This document shows positions 1 through 10,800 of a stretch of DNA of 25,189 nt, piece after piece (within the stretch, counting starts at the first letter, position 1; each line of letters opens with the position of its first letter). The stretch is from IMG/VR virus record IMGVR_UViG_3300032303_002449, positions 1-25,189 of that record. The stretch is one strand, 5' to 3'. The translations under genes and the position numbers were made by a program. The notes under the pieces were generated by a model. That model did not search any database, was not told where the DNA came from, and saw nothing but the letters and a program-made list of their open reading frames with translations. The stretch is from a virus. Lineage: Duplodnaviria > Caudoviricetes.

Positions 1-41
1 TATATAATGAGTATTATGAGCACGGATATATAAAGATTTAA
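1..41 (+). CDS. 3' end of an upstream gene (partial; ...YNEYYEHGYIKI*), identity uncertain
   Basis: Open frame from position 3 (tat aat gag tat tat gag cac gga tat ata aag att) ending TAA at 39-41, just before an ATATTTATA motif. Too short to assign a product. Confidence 0.5.
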   Translation, partial: YNEYYEHGYIKI

Positions 42-47
42 TTACTT

Positions 48-56
48 ATATTTATA
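48..56 (+). promoter_or_regulatory. ATATTTATA motif, putative phage late promoter
   Basis: Exact 9-mer 14 nt upstream of ATG 71; recurs in four other intergenic gaps. Confidence 0.65.
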
Positions 57-70
57 CGTAAACGCATTTT

Positions 71-469
71 ATGGCTAATTTTGATGATGTAACAGTATTC
101 GATGGTATGTCTTTATCGGACCTATTTAAGAAAATACACAAGAATAATAAAGATATTGACAAACAGATTGGTGATTTTATAGATACTATTAAACCAATGG
201 CAACAGCTAACGCGGGTTCCGCAACAATGTTAATGCCTACCGTCAAAGATTTAATTGATGTTAATGTAAAAAATAACGAACAATTAATTAAAATGGCAGC
301 TATTGCACAACGTGCATCATCTTCTAATAATTCATCGGCTGATTCGTTAATTGATATGAGTGAAATTGAAGCTTTATTAGCCGAACAGAAAGACATTCAG
401 GACGAGGGTAAAAAATTATTAGAACAGACTCCTAAAACTCAACAACTTCAATACGAAAATATTAAGTAA
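71..469 (+). CDS. Hypothetical helical/coiled-coil phage protein (132 aa)
   Basis: Clean ORF, preceded by the late motif, TAATG-coupled to the next gene. No catalytic motif recognised. Confidence 0.7.
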   Translation: MANFDDVTVFDGMSLSDLFKKIHKNNKDIDKQIGDFIDTIKPMATANAGSATMLMPTVKDLIDVNVKNNEQLIKMAAIAQRASSSNNSSADSLIDMSEIEALLAEQKDIQDEGKKLLEQTPKTQQLQYENIK

Positions 470-1692
470 TGCCTTTATCCATACGAACAGGTATAAGTAA
501 TCAAACAGCAGGTACTAGTAAATCATCTGCTGCTTCTTCATCTCCCCAAACCCCCTCTCTTCAAGTAGGTAAGGTAATGGGTGTTGTTACTACTAATAAT
601 ACTCCAACATCTAAACAATTTGAAAAAGTTGGAGGTTATAATTCACCTGGAACTGTATTTTATTTAGATTATAATAAGTCAAAAAATATTGATCCTAAAC
701 TCAATGATGATAACTATTTAGATAGATGTGATATAGCTAAACCTTTATTTCCTCAATTTTGTTATTACCCTTTATTAGGAGAATTAATTTATATAATTGA
801 ATTACCATCCCCGGCATCACAGATAGTACAATTTGCACCTGAAAAATATTATATTAATGCTATAAACTTATGGAGTGACAATCAAGTTAACTCTCAGACA
901 GCAAATTCAAAAGCCCCATTAGGAAAAACTTTTTTAGAAGATTCCAATATAAGAAATATTTTAAACTATGAAGGTGATCATATAGTACAAGGTAGAAAAG
1001 GAAATTCTATTCGTTTTGGAACTACTGTAAGAGTAGCTTCAAATAGAAATGAATGGTCTGATATTGGGCTTGAAGGTTATCCTATTACTATTATTTCTAA
1101 TGGTCACAAATATGATAAGAATAAAGATTTTTATATTGAACAAATTAATGAAGATGCTTCTTCACTTTATTTAACATCTAATCAAAATATACCCTTAAAA
1201 GTAGAAGTTAAAGATCCTTTAAATCCAATTACTCTTCCTGAAAGTGTAGGTGATTATTCAAATTCTCAAGCTATATTAACTGCTGGAAGAGTTGTATTAA
1301 ATTCTAAATTTGATGAAGTAATGATATTTGCTTCCACTAATGTTGAAATTAGTACAAATAATTATATCAACTTAAACGGTGGAAGAGTTTATATCAACGT
1401 TAAAGGAGATGCTGTTCCTAAAGGTCCTAATCCCAAAATTATTTTAGGAACCCATTTCGATGACACACCAGCATCTGAACCCTTACTATTAGGAACAAAA
1501 ACAGGGGATTTTTTATTATCATTAATATCAGCATTAGATGCATTTGCACTTTCTCTTACAGCAACAGCTACAAACGCTAGTGGTAGTCCCTTAGCTAAGG
1601 TTCAAGGATCAGCTGAGGCTTTACAGGCTCAGTTAAAACCACTTTATGATAAAATTGAAACTTTAAAATCTAATACAACCTTTACAATATAA
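469..1692 (+). CDS. Putative baseplate hub/central spike protein (T4 gp5/VgrG-spike-like, no lysozyme domain evident)
   Basis: N-terminal OB-fold-like segment (AKPLFP...YPLLGELIYII), then EGDHIVQGRKGNSIRFG, a beta-repeat-like stretch (QAILTAGRVVLNSKFDEVMIFASTNVEIST) and C-terminal EPLLLG; lies upstream of gp25/gp6. Confidence 0.6.
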   Translation: MPLSIRTGISNQTAGTSKSSAASSSPQTPSLQVGKVMGVVTTNNTPTSKQFEKVGGYNSPGTVFYLDYNKSKNIDPKLNDDNYLDRCDIAKPLFPQFCYYPLLGELIYIIELPSPASQIVQFAPEKYYINAINLWSDNQVNSQTANSKAPLGKTFLEDSNIRNILNYEGDHIVQGRKGNSIRFGTTVRVASNRNEWSDIGLEGYPITIISNGHKYDKNKDFYIEQINEDASSLYLTSNQNIPLKVEVKDPLNPITLPESVGDYSNSQAILTAGRVVLNSKFDEVMIFASTNVEISTNNYINLNGGRVYINVKGDAVPKGPNPKIILGTHFDDTPASEPLLLGTKTGDFLLSLISALDAFALSLTATATNASGSPLAKVQGSAEALQAQLKPLYDKIETLKSNTTFTI

Positions 1693-3185
1693 TGGCTGAT
1701 TCGAAATCAAACATATCATCTTTAGTTCCTAGTGGTATAACAAATACCCTATCACAAATCCAAAACCCCCAATCTTTTGGAGAACAGTTGTTGGATAATG
1801 CTAAAAAACAAGTTATAAATGCAGCATTAGGAATTGTTCAAAAATTAAAAGATGAAATTCAAAAAACAATTTTAAAGAAAATTGAATTTGAAAAAAATCA
1901 TATTAAAAAGTTACTTGAATTATCTAAACAAAATATAGGTACAACAACATATGATTTTGGACGTGTAATTGAAATTCCTCCTACTTTATCAGATGAAGAA
2001 TATCAAGCTGCTGTTGCTTTAGAAAATTTTAGCTATGAAAAAGAAAAAATAAAAATTGATAAAAATTTAAAAGGATTACAAGATAGATTACAAAAAATTT
2101 TATTAGATCCTTTTATTAAAATAAAAACAGATTATGTTCAATTTAAAGGAAAAGTAGCTGGAAGAAAATTAAATAGAGAATCTTTAAAACAATTGTATAA
2201 ATCTGAAAAGGTTCAACAGTTATTAAAAAATGTATTTAAGGGTTTAGTACAAATAACAGCATCTTTATTAACAGGAGAATTAATTAAAGTTATAGCTAAT
2301 AGTGCTGAACTTCAAGAATTAGTAGATAAAACAAATGAGATTATTGATAATGCTGTAACTTTAGATCAATTAAACCAAGCTAGAGTAGCTAGAAATGGAG
2401 CTATTAGTACTATAAATAGACAAGAAAATAGAATTAAAGCTATTTTAGTAGTATTAAACACATTAAATATTATATTGACAATATTTGGAATATTAACTGC
2501 AATTTTAAATATAATACCAGTCCCATCTCCCCTGGGTATATTAGCAAAACCAGCAACTATTAAATGGGCCCAAGCTAAAGAAATTCGTGACGGTATAGGT
2601 ATAACAGTTTCTATATTAATACCAATGTTAACATCTGCTATTGCTATATTAGAAGATTTAAAAAGACAATTACGTGAAATTAATCAAAAAATTGAAGATA
2701 AAACGTTAGATTTATTAGATGATAATGCATTATTTGATTATATATCACAAATTACATTATCTAGCGAAAATCCAATATCTGATATTAATCGCAGATCAGA
2801 TGAATCCGATAGTGAATATGCTGATAGATTACGCAATTCAACAACACTATTAAACCTATTAGCAAACCAAAACCCAGGAGTAAGTACAACTTCGTTGCAA
2901 GATACTCTTGATAATTCTTCTTTATCAACATTAAATGGTCTTGTTAATAAAGTTCTTCCTATTAATGGTAGCAATATAATTGGAAGTTATAAAGGATTTA
3001 CATTTGTTCTTAAAAAAGAAGATGATCCTAAATTTGTAGTTAAAGGAAATAAACGCCACTATGCTGTAGCTGTTAATACTAAAGGTTTAGAACAATTAAA
3101 AAGTGACTATTCATTCACATTAGACCCACAACAACTGATAAGTCAATTGAAATTACAAATTGATAATCAAAATTTACAAGGATAA
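1692..3185 (+). CDS. Coiled-coil virion-module protein with two hydrophobic segments (497 aa)
   Basis: K/E/L/Q-rich helical sequence; hydrophobic stretches ILVVLNTLNIILTIFGILTAILNIIPVP and GIGITVSILIPMLTSAIAIL; TAATG-coupled to the spike gene. Confidence 0.6.
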   Translation: MADSKSNISSLVPSGITNTLSQIQNPQSFGEQLLDNAKKQVINAALGIVQKLKDEIQKTILKKIEFEKNHIKKLLELSKQNIGTTTYDFGRVIEIPPTLSDEEYQAAVALENFSYEKEKIKIDKNLKGLQDRLQKILLDPFIKIKTDYVQFKGKVAGRKLNRESLKQLYKSEKVQQLLKNVFKGLVQITASLLTGELIKVIANSAELQELVDKTNEIIDNAVTLDQLNQARVARNGAISTINRQENRIKAILVVLNTLNIILTIFGILTAILNIIPVPSPLGILAKPATIKWAQAKEIRDGIGITVSILIPMLTSAIAILEDLKRQLREINQKIEDKTLDLLDDNALFDYISQITLSSENPISDINRRSDESDSEYADRLRNSTTLLNLLANQNPGVSTTSLQDTLDNSSLSTLNGLVNKVLPINGSNIIGSYKGFTFVLKKEDDPKFVVKGNKRHYAVAVNTKGLEQLKSDYSFTLDPQQLISQLKLQIDNQNLQG

Positions 3186-3186
3186 A

Positions 3187-3195
3187 ATATTTATA
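3187..3195 (+). promoter_or_regulatory. ATATTTATA motif, putative late promoter
   Basis: Exact motif between stop 3185 and ATG 3199. Confidence 0.6.
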
Positions 3196-3198
3196 ATT

Positions 3199-3540
3199 AT
3201 GAACATTAAAGCATTTAAAAAATTAATTAAAGAAGCCGTAATTGATGCTATTCATGAAGAATTACCATACATTCTTGAAGAGCACATGGCTAAACAAGAG
3301 AAAAAAGCATTACGTGAAAATCGTACAATGTCGTTCACAAGCAATGATGTAGCACCTAACCCTGCTCTACGCGCTCAATTAGCAAGTAAAATGGGAACTA
3401 TGTTGGGTTATGATCAAGTACCACAACAAGGTGGGTTGCAAGTAGAAAACACAGGTGGTAATCCATTTGCTGCTTTTATAGCAGATGCTGCAAACAACAT
3501 GACTGCTCAAGATAAAGCAGGATTAAGCAATTTAGGATAA
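3199..3540 (+). CDS. Hypothetical phage protein (113 aa; start revised from 3160 to ATG 3199)
   Basis: The ORF-track start at 3160 overlaps the upstream gene. ATG 3199 follows the ATATTTATA motif and gives MNIKAFKKLIKEAV. Confidence 0.7.
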   Translation: MNIKAFKKLIKEAVIDAIHEELPYILEEHMAKQEKKALRENRTMSFTSNDVAPNPALRAQLASKMGTMLGYDQVPQQGGLQVENTGGNPFAAFIADAANNMTAQDKAGLSNLG

Positions 3541-3541
3541 T

Positions 3542-3952
3542 ATGCCCATACCTCAAACGATACGAGTAAATCCATTAGATTTACAAAAGAATATTGTAAT
3601 TGGGGTGTCATTACCCTTTAATGCTAAAGGCGTATTTAACAAAACATATAGTACTAAAGAACAAATTAAATCTAATTTAATTAATTTATTACTAACAGAT
3701 AAGGGTGAAAGAATAATGAATCCTGAATTCGGAGCGGATTTAAGAAAATCATTATTTGAAAATATGACTAGTGATAGTACAGAACTATTAAGAATTAAAA
3801 TAATAGATTCTATTAGTATTTTTATTCCTGAAGTAGAATTAGGTAATATAGACATTGAAAATGATTTTGATTATAATACCTTAAATGTAACTATAAATTA
3901 TCGTTTAAAAATTTCAAATACCCCCGATCAAGTAACTGTACAATTCCAATAA
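3542..3952 (+). CDS. Baseplate wedge subunit, GPW/gp25 family
   Basis: QIKSNLINLLLTDKGERIMNPEFGADL..LFE signature of the gp25 family; 136 aa; directly before a gp6-like gene. Confidence 0.92.
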   Translation: MPIPQTIRVNPLDLQKNIVIGVSLPFNAKGVFNKTYSTKEQIKSNLINLLLTDKGERIMNPEFGADLRKSLFENMTSDSTELLRIKIIDSISIFIPEVELGNIDIENDFDYNTLNVTINYRLKISNTPDQVTVQFQ

Positions 3953-3954
3953 TA

Positions 3955-5775
3955 ATGACCCAAGATAAAAATATATCGTATTTAAATAAAGATTTTAGCA
4001 CATTTAAATCTAATTTAATAAATTATGCTAAAACATATTTTCCGACAGCATATAATGACTTTTCAGATGCTAATCCCGGAGCTATGTTTATTGAAATGGC
4101 TTCATATGTTGGTGATGTAATGTCATTTTATCTTGATAATCAAGTACAAGAAAACTATTTATTATACGCTAAAGAAAAAGAAAATTTATATGCTATGTCT
4201 TATGTTTTAGGATATCGTCCTAAAGCATCATATGCTTCGTCAACTACAATTGATATTTTTCAATTAATGCCTTCTACAGTTATAAATAATGCTGTTATTC
4301 CTAATACTAACTATGGCTTAATAATACCAGCAAACACACCATTAACATCCGTATCAACAGGAACTAAATTTTTAACTACTGAACAAATAGATTTTAGTGA
4401 TACAGGTAGTGCTACTATTACATTTTATGATACAAGTAATTTTCTAGTAAAAAAATCAGTATCAGCTATATCAGCTGAAATAAAATCAACTACTTTTAGT
4501 TTTAGTAACCCAACTAAATTTTCTACAGTTAATATTACTGATTCTAATATTTTACAAATTTTAGATGTAACAGATAGTGATGGTAATTTATGGTATGAAG
4601 TTCCTTATTTAGCCCAATCCACAATTTACGATAAGTTATCTAACCCAACATATAATTCTGATCAAGTTCCTTATTTATTAAAATTAAAACGTGCTCCACG
4701 TAGATTTGTTTCAAGATTATTATCTGATAATAGTTTACAATTAGAATTTGGAGCAGGGGTTTCAAATAAATCTGACAATAATATTATACCTACACCAGAT
4801 AATATTCAATTAGGATTAGTACCAGGTATATCAGACTTATTAAATAACTATAATCAAACGTCTATATTTTATACTCAAGAGTATGGTTTAGCTCCTTCAA
4901 ACACAACATTAACCGTACGTTACTTAACTGGTGGTGGTATTACTTCAAATGTACCCACCAATGATTTAACTACTATAGACATTTCAGGAGTTTACTTTAA
5001 ATCGGGAATTACAGACAACACAATTAAAAATAGTGTAGTATCAACAAACCCAACTCCATCTTCAGGAGGTAGAAGTGCTGATGAAATTGAAGAAATTAGA
5101 AATAATGCTTTATATGCTCATTCATCTCAACTACGTGCTGTAACTAAAAATGATTATATTGTAAGAGCATTATCACTGCCTTCAGATTATGGTAGTATAT
5201 CTAAAGTGTATGTTAGTCAAGACTTAAGTGTTAATCCTCAATCTACAACCGCTCCAACAGCAGTATCTAATCCACTAGCATTAGATATGTATGTTTTAGC
5301 TTACAATTTAAATAAAAATTTAATAGCAGCTACAACAACATTAAAACAAAATTTAGCTACTTATTTGAATGAATATAGAATGGTAACTGATGCTATTAAT
5401 ATTAAAGATGCTTTTTACATTAATATAGGAATTAATTTTGATATTACTATAGTAGGTGGTTTTAACAATCAACTTGTATTACAAGATTGTTCTACTGCTT
5501 TAAAAAATTATTTTAATACAGATAATTGGCAAATAAATCAACCAATTATTCTATCAGAAATTATGATTACTCTTTTACAAACAAAAGGTGTTCAATCTGT
5601 AGTTAAACTAGAAATAATAAATAAACAAGATATTACAGGAAATACTTATTCTACTTTAGGATACGATATAGCAGGAGCTACTAGAAATGGAAATATATAT
5701 CCATCAGCAGATCCTTCAATTTTTGAAGTAAGATATCCTGATACAGATATTCAAGGTAGAGTTGTAACTTATTAA
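3955..5775 (+). CDS. Baseplate wedge protein, T4 gp6/Baseplate-J-like
   Basis: N-terminal YLNKDF..FK..LI.YAKTYFP..YNDF....PG.MFIEM..YVGDV.SFYLD; middle LEFGAG and VRYLTGGG..SNV; SGGRSADEIEEIR and Q.RAVT..DY motifs. Confidence 0.9.
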   Translation: MTQDKNISYLNKDFSTFKSNLINYAKTYFPTAYNDFSDANPGAMFIEMASYVGDVMSFYLDNQVQENYLLYAKEKENLYAMSYVLGYRPKASYASSTTIDIFQLMPSTVINNAVIPNTNYGLIIPANTPLTSVSTGTKFLTTEQIDFSDTGSATITFYDTSNFLVKKSVSAISAEIKSTTFSFSNPTKFSTVNITDSNILQILDVTDSDGNLWYEVPYLAQSTIYDKLSNPTYNSDQVPYLLKLKRAPRRFVSRLLSDNSLQLEFGAGVSNKSDNNIIPTPDNIQLGLVPGISDLLNNYNQTSIFYTQEYGLAPSNTTLTVRYLTGGGITSNVPTNDLTTIDISGVYFKSGITDNTIKNSVVSTNPTPSSGGRSADEIEEIRNNALYAHSSQLRAVTKNDYIVRALSLPSDYGSISKVYVSQDLSVNPQSTTAPTAVSNPLALDMYVLAYNLNKNLIAATTTLKQNLATYLNEYRMVTDAINIKDAFYINIGINFDITIVGGFNNQLVLQDCSTALKNYFNTDNWQINQPIILSEIMITLLQTKGVQSVVKLEIINKQDITGNTYSTLGYDIAGATRNGNIYPSADPSIFEVRYPDTDIQGRVVTY

Positions 5776-5785
5776 AAATTAAAAT

Positions 5786-6385
5786 ATGAATCTAGATAAA
5801 TTAAAAGGACACATCCCAGACAACGTAATTGCTCAAATTCCAGGAGTTATGAGTAAATTTGAAATTAATACTCCTTTACGTTTAGCACATTTTTTAGCTC
5901 AATGTGGCCATGAATCAGGTGGTTTTAGATTAACTAAAGAAAATTTAAATTATAGCGCTAAAGGATTAATGGGTATTTTTAAAAAATATTTTCCAACAGA
6001 AATATTAGCTAAACAATACGAACGCAAACCTGAAAAAATTGCTAATAAAGTTTACTCATCTAGAATGGGTAATGGTGATGAGGCAAGTGGTGACGGTGCT
6101 AAGTTTTGTGGTCGTGGTTATATTCAATTAACTGGTAAAGATAATTATACAGCATTTGGTAAATCAATAAATGAAGATATTGCTGCTAACCCAACATGGG
6201 TAGCAGAGAAATATGCATTACTATCAGCTGCTTGGTTCTTTAATAAAAACAAATTACATACTATGGCGGATGGTGGTGCAACTGATGCAGTTGTTACATC
6301 TATTACTAAACGTGTTAATGGTGGTACGATAGGTTTACCGGATCGTATTAAACACTTTAAAGAATATTACGCATTATTAGCGTAA
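5786..6385 (+). CDS. Glycoside hydrolase family 19 (chitinase-like) phage lysin/muramidase
   Basis: RLAHFLAQCGHESGGF..ENLNYS, MGNG..GDG..F.GRGYIQLTGKDNY, SAAWFF, ITKRVNGG..GL.DR. Catalytic domain only. Confidence 0.93.
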   Translation: MNLDKLKGHIPDNVIAQIPGVMSKFEINTPLRLAHFLAQCGHESGGFRLTKENLNYSAKGLMGIFKKYFPTEILAKQYERKPEKIANKVYSSRMGNGDEASGDGAKFCGRGYIQLTGKDNYTAFGKSINEDIAANPTWVAEKYALLSAAWFFNKNKLHTMADGGATDAVVTSITKRVNGGTIGLPDRIKHFKEYYALLA

Positions 6386-6403
6386 AATAGTTTGGTAGTT
6401 AAC

Positions 6404-6412
6404 ATATTTATA
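6404..6412 (+). promoter_or_regulatory. ATATTTATA motif, putative late promoter
   Basis: Exact motif in the 44-nt gap, 17 nt upstream of ATG 6430. Confidence 0.65.
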
Positions 6413-6429
6413 TGTAGTAATTACTAACT

Positions 6430-7536
6430 ATGGCAATCTACAAAATATTCCCTGAAAAGAGTGCTACTCTATATTCATTTTACCCTACTATTAATACAGG
6501 GCTAGATGAAATATTAGAGATTAGCACTTATTATTCTATTAATGGTACTGATGAAGTATCACGTACCGTTATTAAATTCCCTTCTGCTCAAATCAGCGAT
6601 ATAATCGCTAATAAAGTAGGTACTGGTAGTTTTGATGCTTATTTAAAGTTATATTTAGCTAACGCCTCATCCATACCTTTAAACTATACTTTATATTCAC
6701 ACCCACTAGCAGCTGATTGGAATATGGGTACTGGTAGATTAGGCAATGTACCTAATACTGCTGATGGTGTAAGTTGGAAGTATAAAGATCAAGATAGTGG
6801 TAGTGTTTGGTTTACTAATGGTTCTTTTCCTAACGGAACAACAGGTTCTTATATAAGCAGTAGCAGTGCAACTGTAGGTGGTGGTTTATGGTATACTGGG
6901 TCTCAATATGCTGCCTCTCAATCTTTTACTAATTCTACATCTAAAGATATTGAATTAAAAGTATCTAATGCTATTAGTGCTTCATATACTAATGTTATAG
7001 GTAACTATGGTTTCATTTTAAAACATAGCTCATCTATAGAATTTACATCTCAATCTAAATTCGAAACAAAATATTTTTCAAATAATACTCATACAATTTA
7101 TCCTCCATGTTTGGAGATAAGATGGAATGATGCAAAATATACAGGTTCAATAGCTATAGTTAGTTCAAGTTTATTTACAGCTACCTTAGGTAATAATAAA
7201 AGTGAATACCAACAAGACTCAGTACAACGCTTTAGAGTAAATATTAGAGATCAATTTCCAGCAAGAAGGTTTCAAACAACTTCACTTTATTTAGATAATA
7301 AAGCTTTACCTACTTCTTCATATTGGTCAATAAAGGACTTGGATACCGAGGAAATTGTCGTAGATTACGACACAAACTATACTAAAATTAGCTATGATGC
7401 TAGTGGTAGTTATTTTGATGTTTATATGAATGGATTAGAACCTGAACGTTATTACAAATTATTGTTTAAAACTGTGTTGACTAATGGTGAAACAGTTATA
7501 TCTGATAATAATTACTATTTTAAAGTTATAAGATAA
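6430..7536 (+). CDS. Virion structural protein, DNRLRE-like beta-sandwich plus C-terminal Ig-like domain
   Basis: ATLYS..P..NTG.DEILEI, SR.VIKF, AYLKLY, WNMGTG...VSW, NYGFILK, TIYPP.LEIRW pattern typical of DNRLRE-type domains; baseplate context. Confidence 0.6.
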   Translation: MAIYKIFPEKSATLYSFYPTINTGLDEILEISTYYSINGTDEVSRTVIKFPSAQISDIIANKVGTGSFDAYLKLYLANASSIPLNYTLYSHPLAADWNMGTGRLGNVPNTADGVSWKYKDQDSGSVWFTNGSFPNGTTGSYISSSSATVGGGLWYTGSQYAASQSFTNSTSKDIELKVSNAISASYTNVIGNYGFILKHSSSIEFTSQSKFETKYFSNNTHTIYPPCLEIRWNDAKYTGSIAIVSSSLFTATLGNNKSEYQQDSVQRFRVNIRDQFPARRFQTTSLYLDNKALPTSSYWSIKDLDTEEIVVDYDTNYTKISYDASGSYFDVYMNGLEPERYYKLLFKTVLTNGETVISDNNYYFKVIR

Positions 7537-7883
7537 TGTCTCGTATACTATTAGAGAAAACAGTATTTGATAAAGATGCTTTTGATAAAGTAATTAATAG
7601 ACAATTTTCTCAATTACCTCCTGCTAGCCAAATAGGCGCACAGGACGCCGCTACACCATCTTTTACAATAGAAGATTTTTTAGCACTACTTGATTCTTTA
7701 TATCCTTTCCTATCAGAAGATATTTTAAGACAATTATTAGAAAGAATAGCAGGTACTTTAGGAGTAAGAATAGATGATACAGATATTCAAGCATTATTAG
7801 ATGAAATTACTTCATTAAGACAACAATTAGTAGAAATACAAACCACAGTGAACGCTGCAAAACAGTATTCTCAACAGCAATAA
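7536..7883 (+). CDS. Hypothetical protein with C-terminal coiled coil (115 aa)
   Basis: TAATG-coupled ORF; DIQALLDEITSLRQQL heptad pattern. Confidence 0.65.
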   Translation: MSRILLEKTVFDKDAFDKVINRQFSQLPPASQIGAQDAATPSFTIEDFLALLDSLYPFLSEDILRQLLERIAGTLGVRIDDTDIQALLDEITSLRQQLVEIQTTVNAAKQYSQQQ

Positions 7884-7887
7884 GATA

Positions 7888-10800
7888 ATGGCAGATAATA
7901 TTAAAATAGTAGGTAGTATTCTAAGTACAAGTCAAGTTTCACGCTATGAAACAGATGACTTAAGGTTAATTACTTCTTTAAATATTAAAAAGAATTTTGA
8001 CCCTTTTAATGATTATATAGAATATTATGTTTATGATATTACAAGTAATCCCTTAGAAGATAACTACAATTATCGTAGCTATAAATTACCTACAAATGAA
8101 TCTCTAAATCCAGGAACAACCCCTGATCTAAATACAACAAACCAAACTGCTACAGGTGCTCAAGTAGGTAGTGTATCTAATTTATCAACTACATCTTCTA
8201 CATATCCTATTATTGAAATTGATCCTGTACAAGACTTACAAAATTTAGGTTATTCATCAGGTGAATTTAAAGTTCAATATAATATATTCAGAAATAAAAT
8301 TTCAAGTTATCCATCAGCTGAATTATTTATTAAAGAAATATCTCCGGATAGAACAGAAATTAGAGTTGGATCTGTTGTTTTAACTAATGATCAGATTGAA
8401 ACAGGTTCTCTTGCTTTAATTGAATCTTACACTACATCATCTATTTTTGATCCGTTCCTTTTGAATTTTGGTAATAATATACAAGAACTTGTTACTAATA
8501 TTGTTTTAAATAAAGTTGATACTGGGTATGAAATATTATTTAAATTATATAATACTTTAGATGATTCTATTACTGAAAAATCATCATTATGGGTTATAGA
8601 AGAAATTTCAACACCATATGTTTTTGATATTAATCTTGATGCTATATTATCTGCACCAACAGGTAGCACATTGAGAGGACCTAATTTTAGTAATTTATCA
8701 AGATTTGGCTTAAATTCAACTGATGGGCCTTATGAAAATCAGTTTGCAAATGATCAAGAAGGATTATTTAAACTAAATAATTCTCAAAGTATTGATATTA
8801 ATATAAATTATGGTGGTAATGGGAGTGGTGAAAGTGGATTTAGTAGTTTTGTAACATTTGGATCTGCTTTATCACGTGTATATAATTTTTATACTAAGAT
8901 TCAACAAATTGAAAATTATAATAATCTTATATCTCAATATCCAACTTACAATTTAATAAGTGGTAGCTTCTCAGGTAGCTTTTCTAGTAGTTTACAATCA
9001 GAAATAAACACATTATCTTCTAGTATTAATAGTATTATTTCAAATTTTGATGGGTTTGAAAATTATTTATATTTTGAATCAGGTAGTCTAGTTTCAACAA
9101 CTCAATATGGGATAACTCCTTTTCCTAAATCAGGTAGCTATAAACCATATGTCTTATTAAACACAACATCATCAACCGTTGGAATTTGGTATGCATCATC
9201 TTCCCTAAATGCTGAAGATTATGACTTAAATAATGTTGATTATTTTAAATATTCAGTACCAGGTTATGTAGTAGATAATCCAGATAATGCAAACTATGTG
9301 ACCTTCTTAAATATGATGGGTCAGTTTTTTGATAATATTTGGATTTATATTAAAACAATCCCAGAAATAAATTTAGCTAATAATAATTTAGAAATTGGTA
9401 TTTCTAAAGATCTTGTATACAATATGTTACAATCTTTAGGAGTAAGTGTATTTAATAGCTTTGGTAATCAAAGTATAGCTGATTACTTGTTAGGTGCTAA
9501 TACAGGTAGCGCTTCATATAATAGTTATTTAACTGATTTTTCTGCTACAGGTAGTTATATAAATAACATATCTAAAAAAGACATTTTAGCAGAATCATAC
9601 AAACGTATTTACCATAATTTACCTCTATTATTACAACGTAAAGGTACAGTTGCTGGTTTAAGAACATTATTATCTACATTTGGTATACCAAACCAAGACT
9701 CTTACACTGTAATTTCAGGTTCATTTAGTTCTTCTTACTATACTCCAACAGGTAGTATTATTACTAGCAGTGTATTAAATATAAAGGAATATGGTGGTTC
9801 AACTACAAAAGGGTTATTAGCAGGATATAATAACGATAAAGTTAGAATTATTAATAATGTTACTGCAAGTATAGCTGGTACTTTTGGAAGTGTATTATCA
9901 CCTTATACAAGTATTTTACAGTATACAACGGCTTCATCTAATTTTAGAACAGCAGATCAACATTATGTTGATATATCTTTCTCTCCACAAACGCAATTAG
10001 ATACTTATGTTTCTAAATCTATTGCTTCTGTTAATACTAATTGGTCAATAGATAATTATATTGGTAATCCTCAACAATTGTATAGTGGGTCTTATAGTGA
10101 TTTAGACAATCAACGAAAAATTTATTTTGTTAATGGTACTGGCTCATATGCTGGATTTACAGGTTCACTTTTAGACTATAATGGGTTTATTCGTTTAATC
10201 CAGTTTTTTGATAATTCAATGTTTAAAATGTTAGAAGATTATGTTCCTGCAAGAACTAGTCTTTCAACAGGTGTTACTATTAATTCTCCTGTTTTAGAGA
10301 GAAATAAATGGTCTTATGCACAACCTAATGCTAGTAATGAAATAGAAAAAGATGGTAGTATTGTTGCTCCTATTTTTGAATCTGTATATGATCCTTTTTA
10401 TTATGATTTATCTGGAAGTAAAGTATCTTATATAAATGGAGAAATTCCTGGATCTGAAATTAATATATATGATGATTATTTTATAGCAAGTAATAAAAAC
10501 CCATATTTAGGTAATTTACAATATACTTCATCAAATGCTTTTCAACCACAAGTTTCATCATCAAATCCTTTCCCTGTATTTGGGTATAAATTTATATATG
10601 AAACTAGTGCTAGCCTAGCTAATATTTTCATCCCAGAAGTAACTTCTTCATTTACTTCTTCAGCATCTACACAATCTCTTAGCATAAACAATATAACATT
10701 TGTAGTAACAGCTTCTAATTTAACTAATACATCTAATATAATATATGTACCAACAGGTTCAACAACTGCAAACACAATCCAAAATATTTCTGTTGCTTTA

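Noticed and set aside
3160-3198. ORF-track N-terminal extension MIIKIYKDKIFII
   Set aside because: Non-ATG start overlapping the upstream gene and spanning the putative promoter; ATG 3199 is more plausible.
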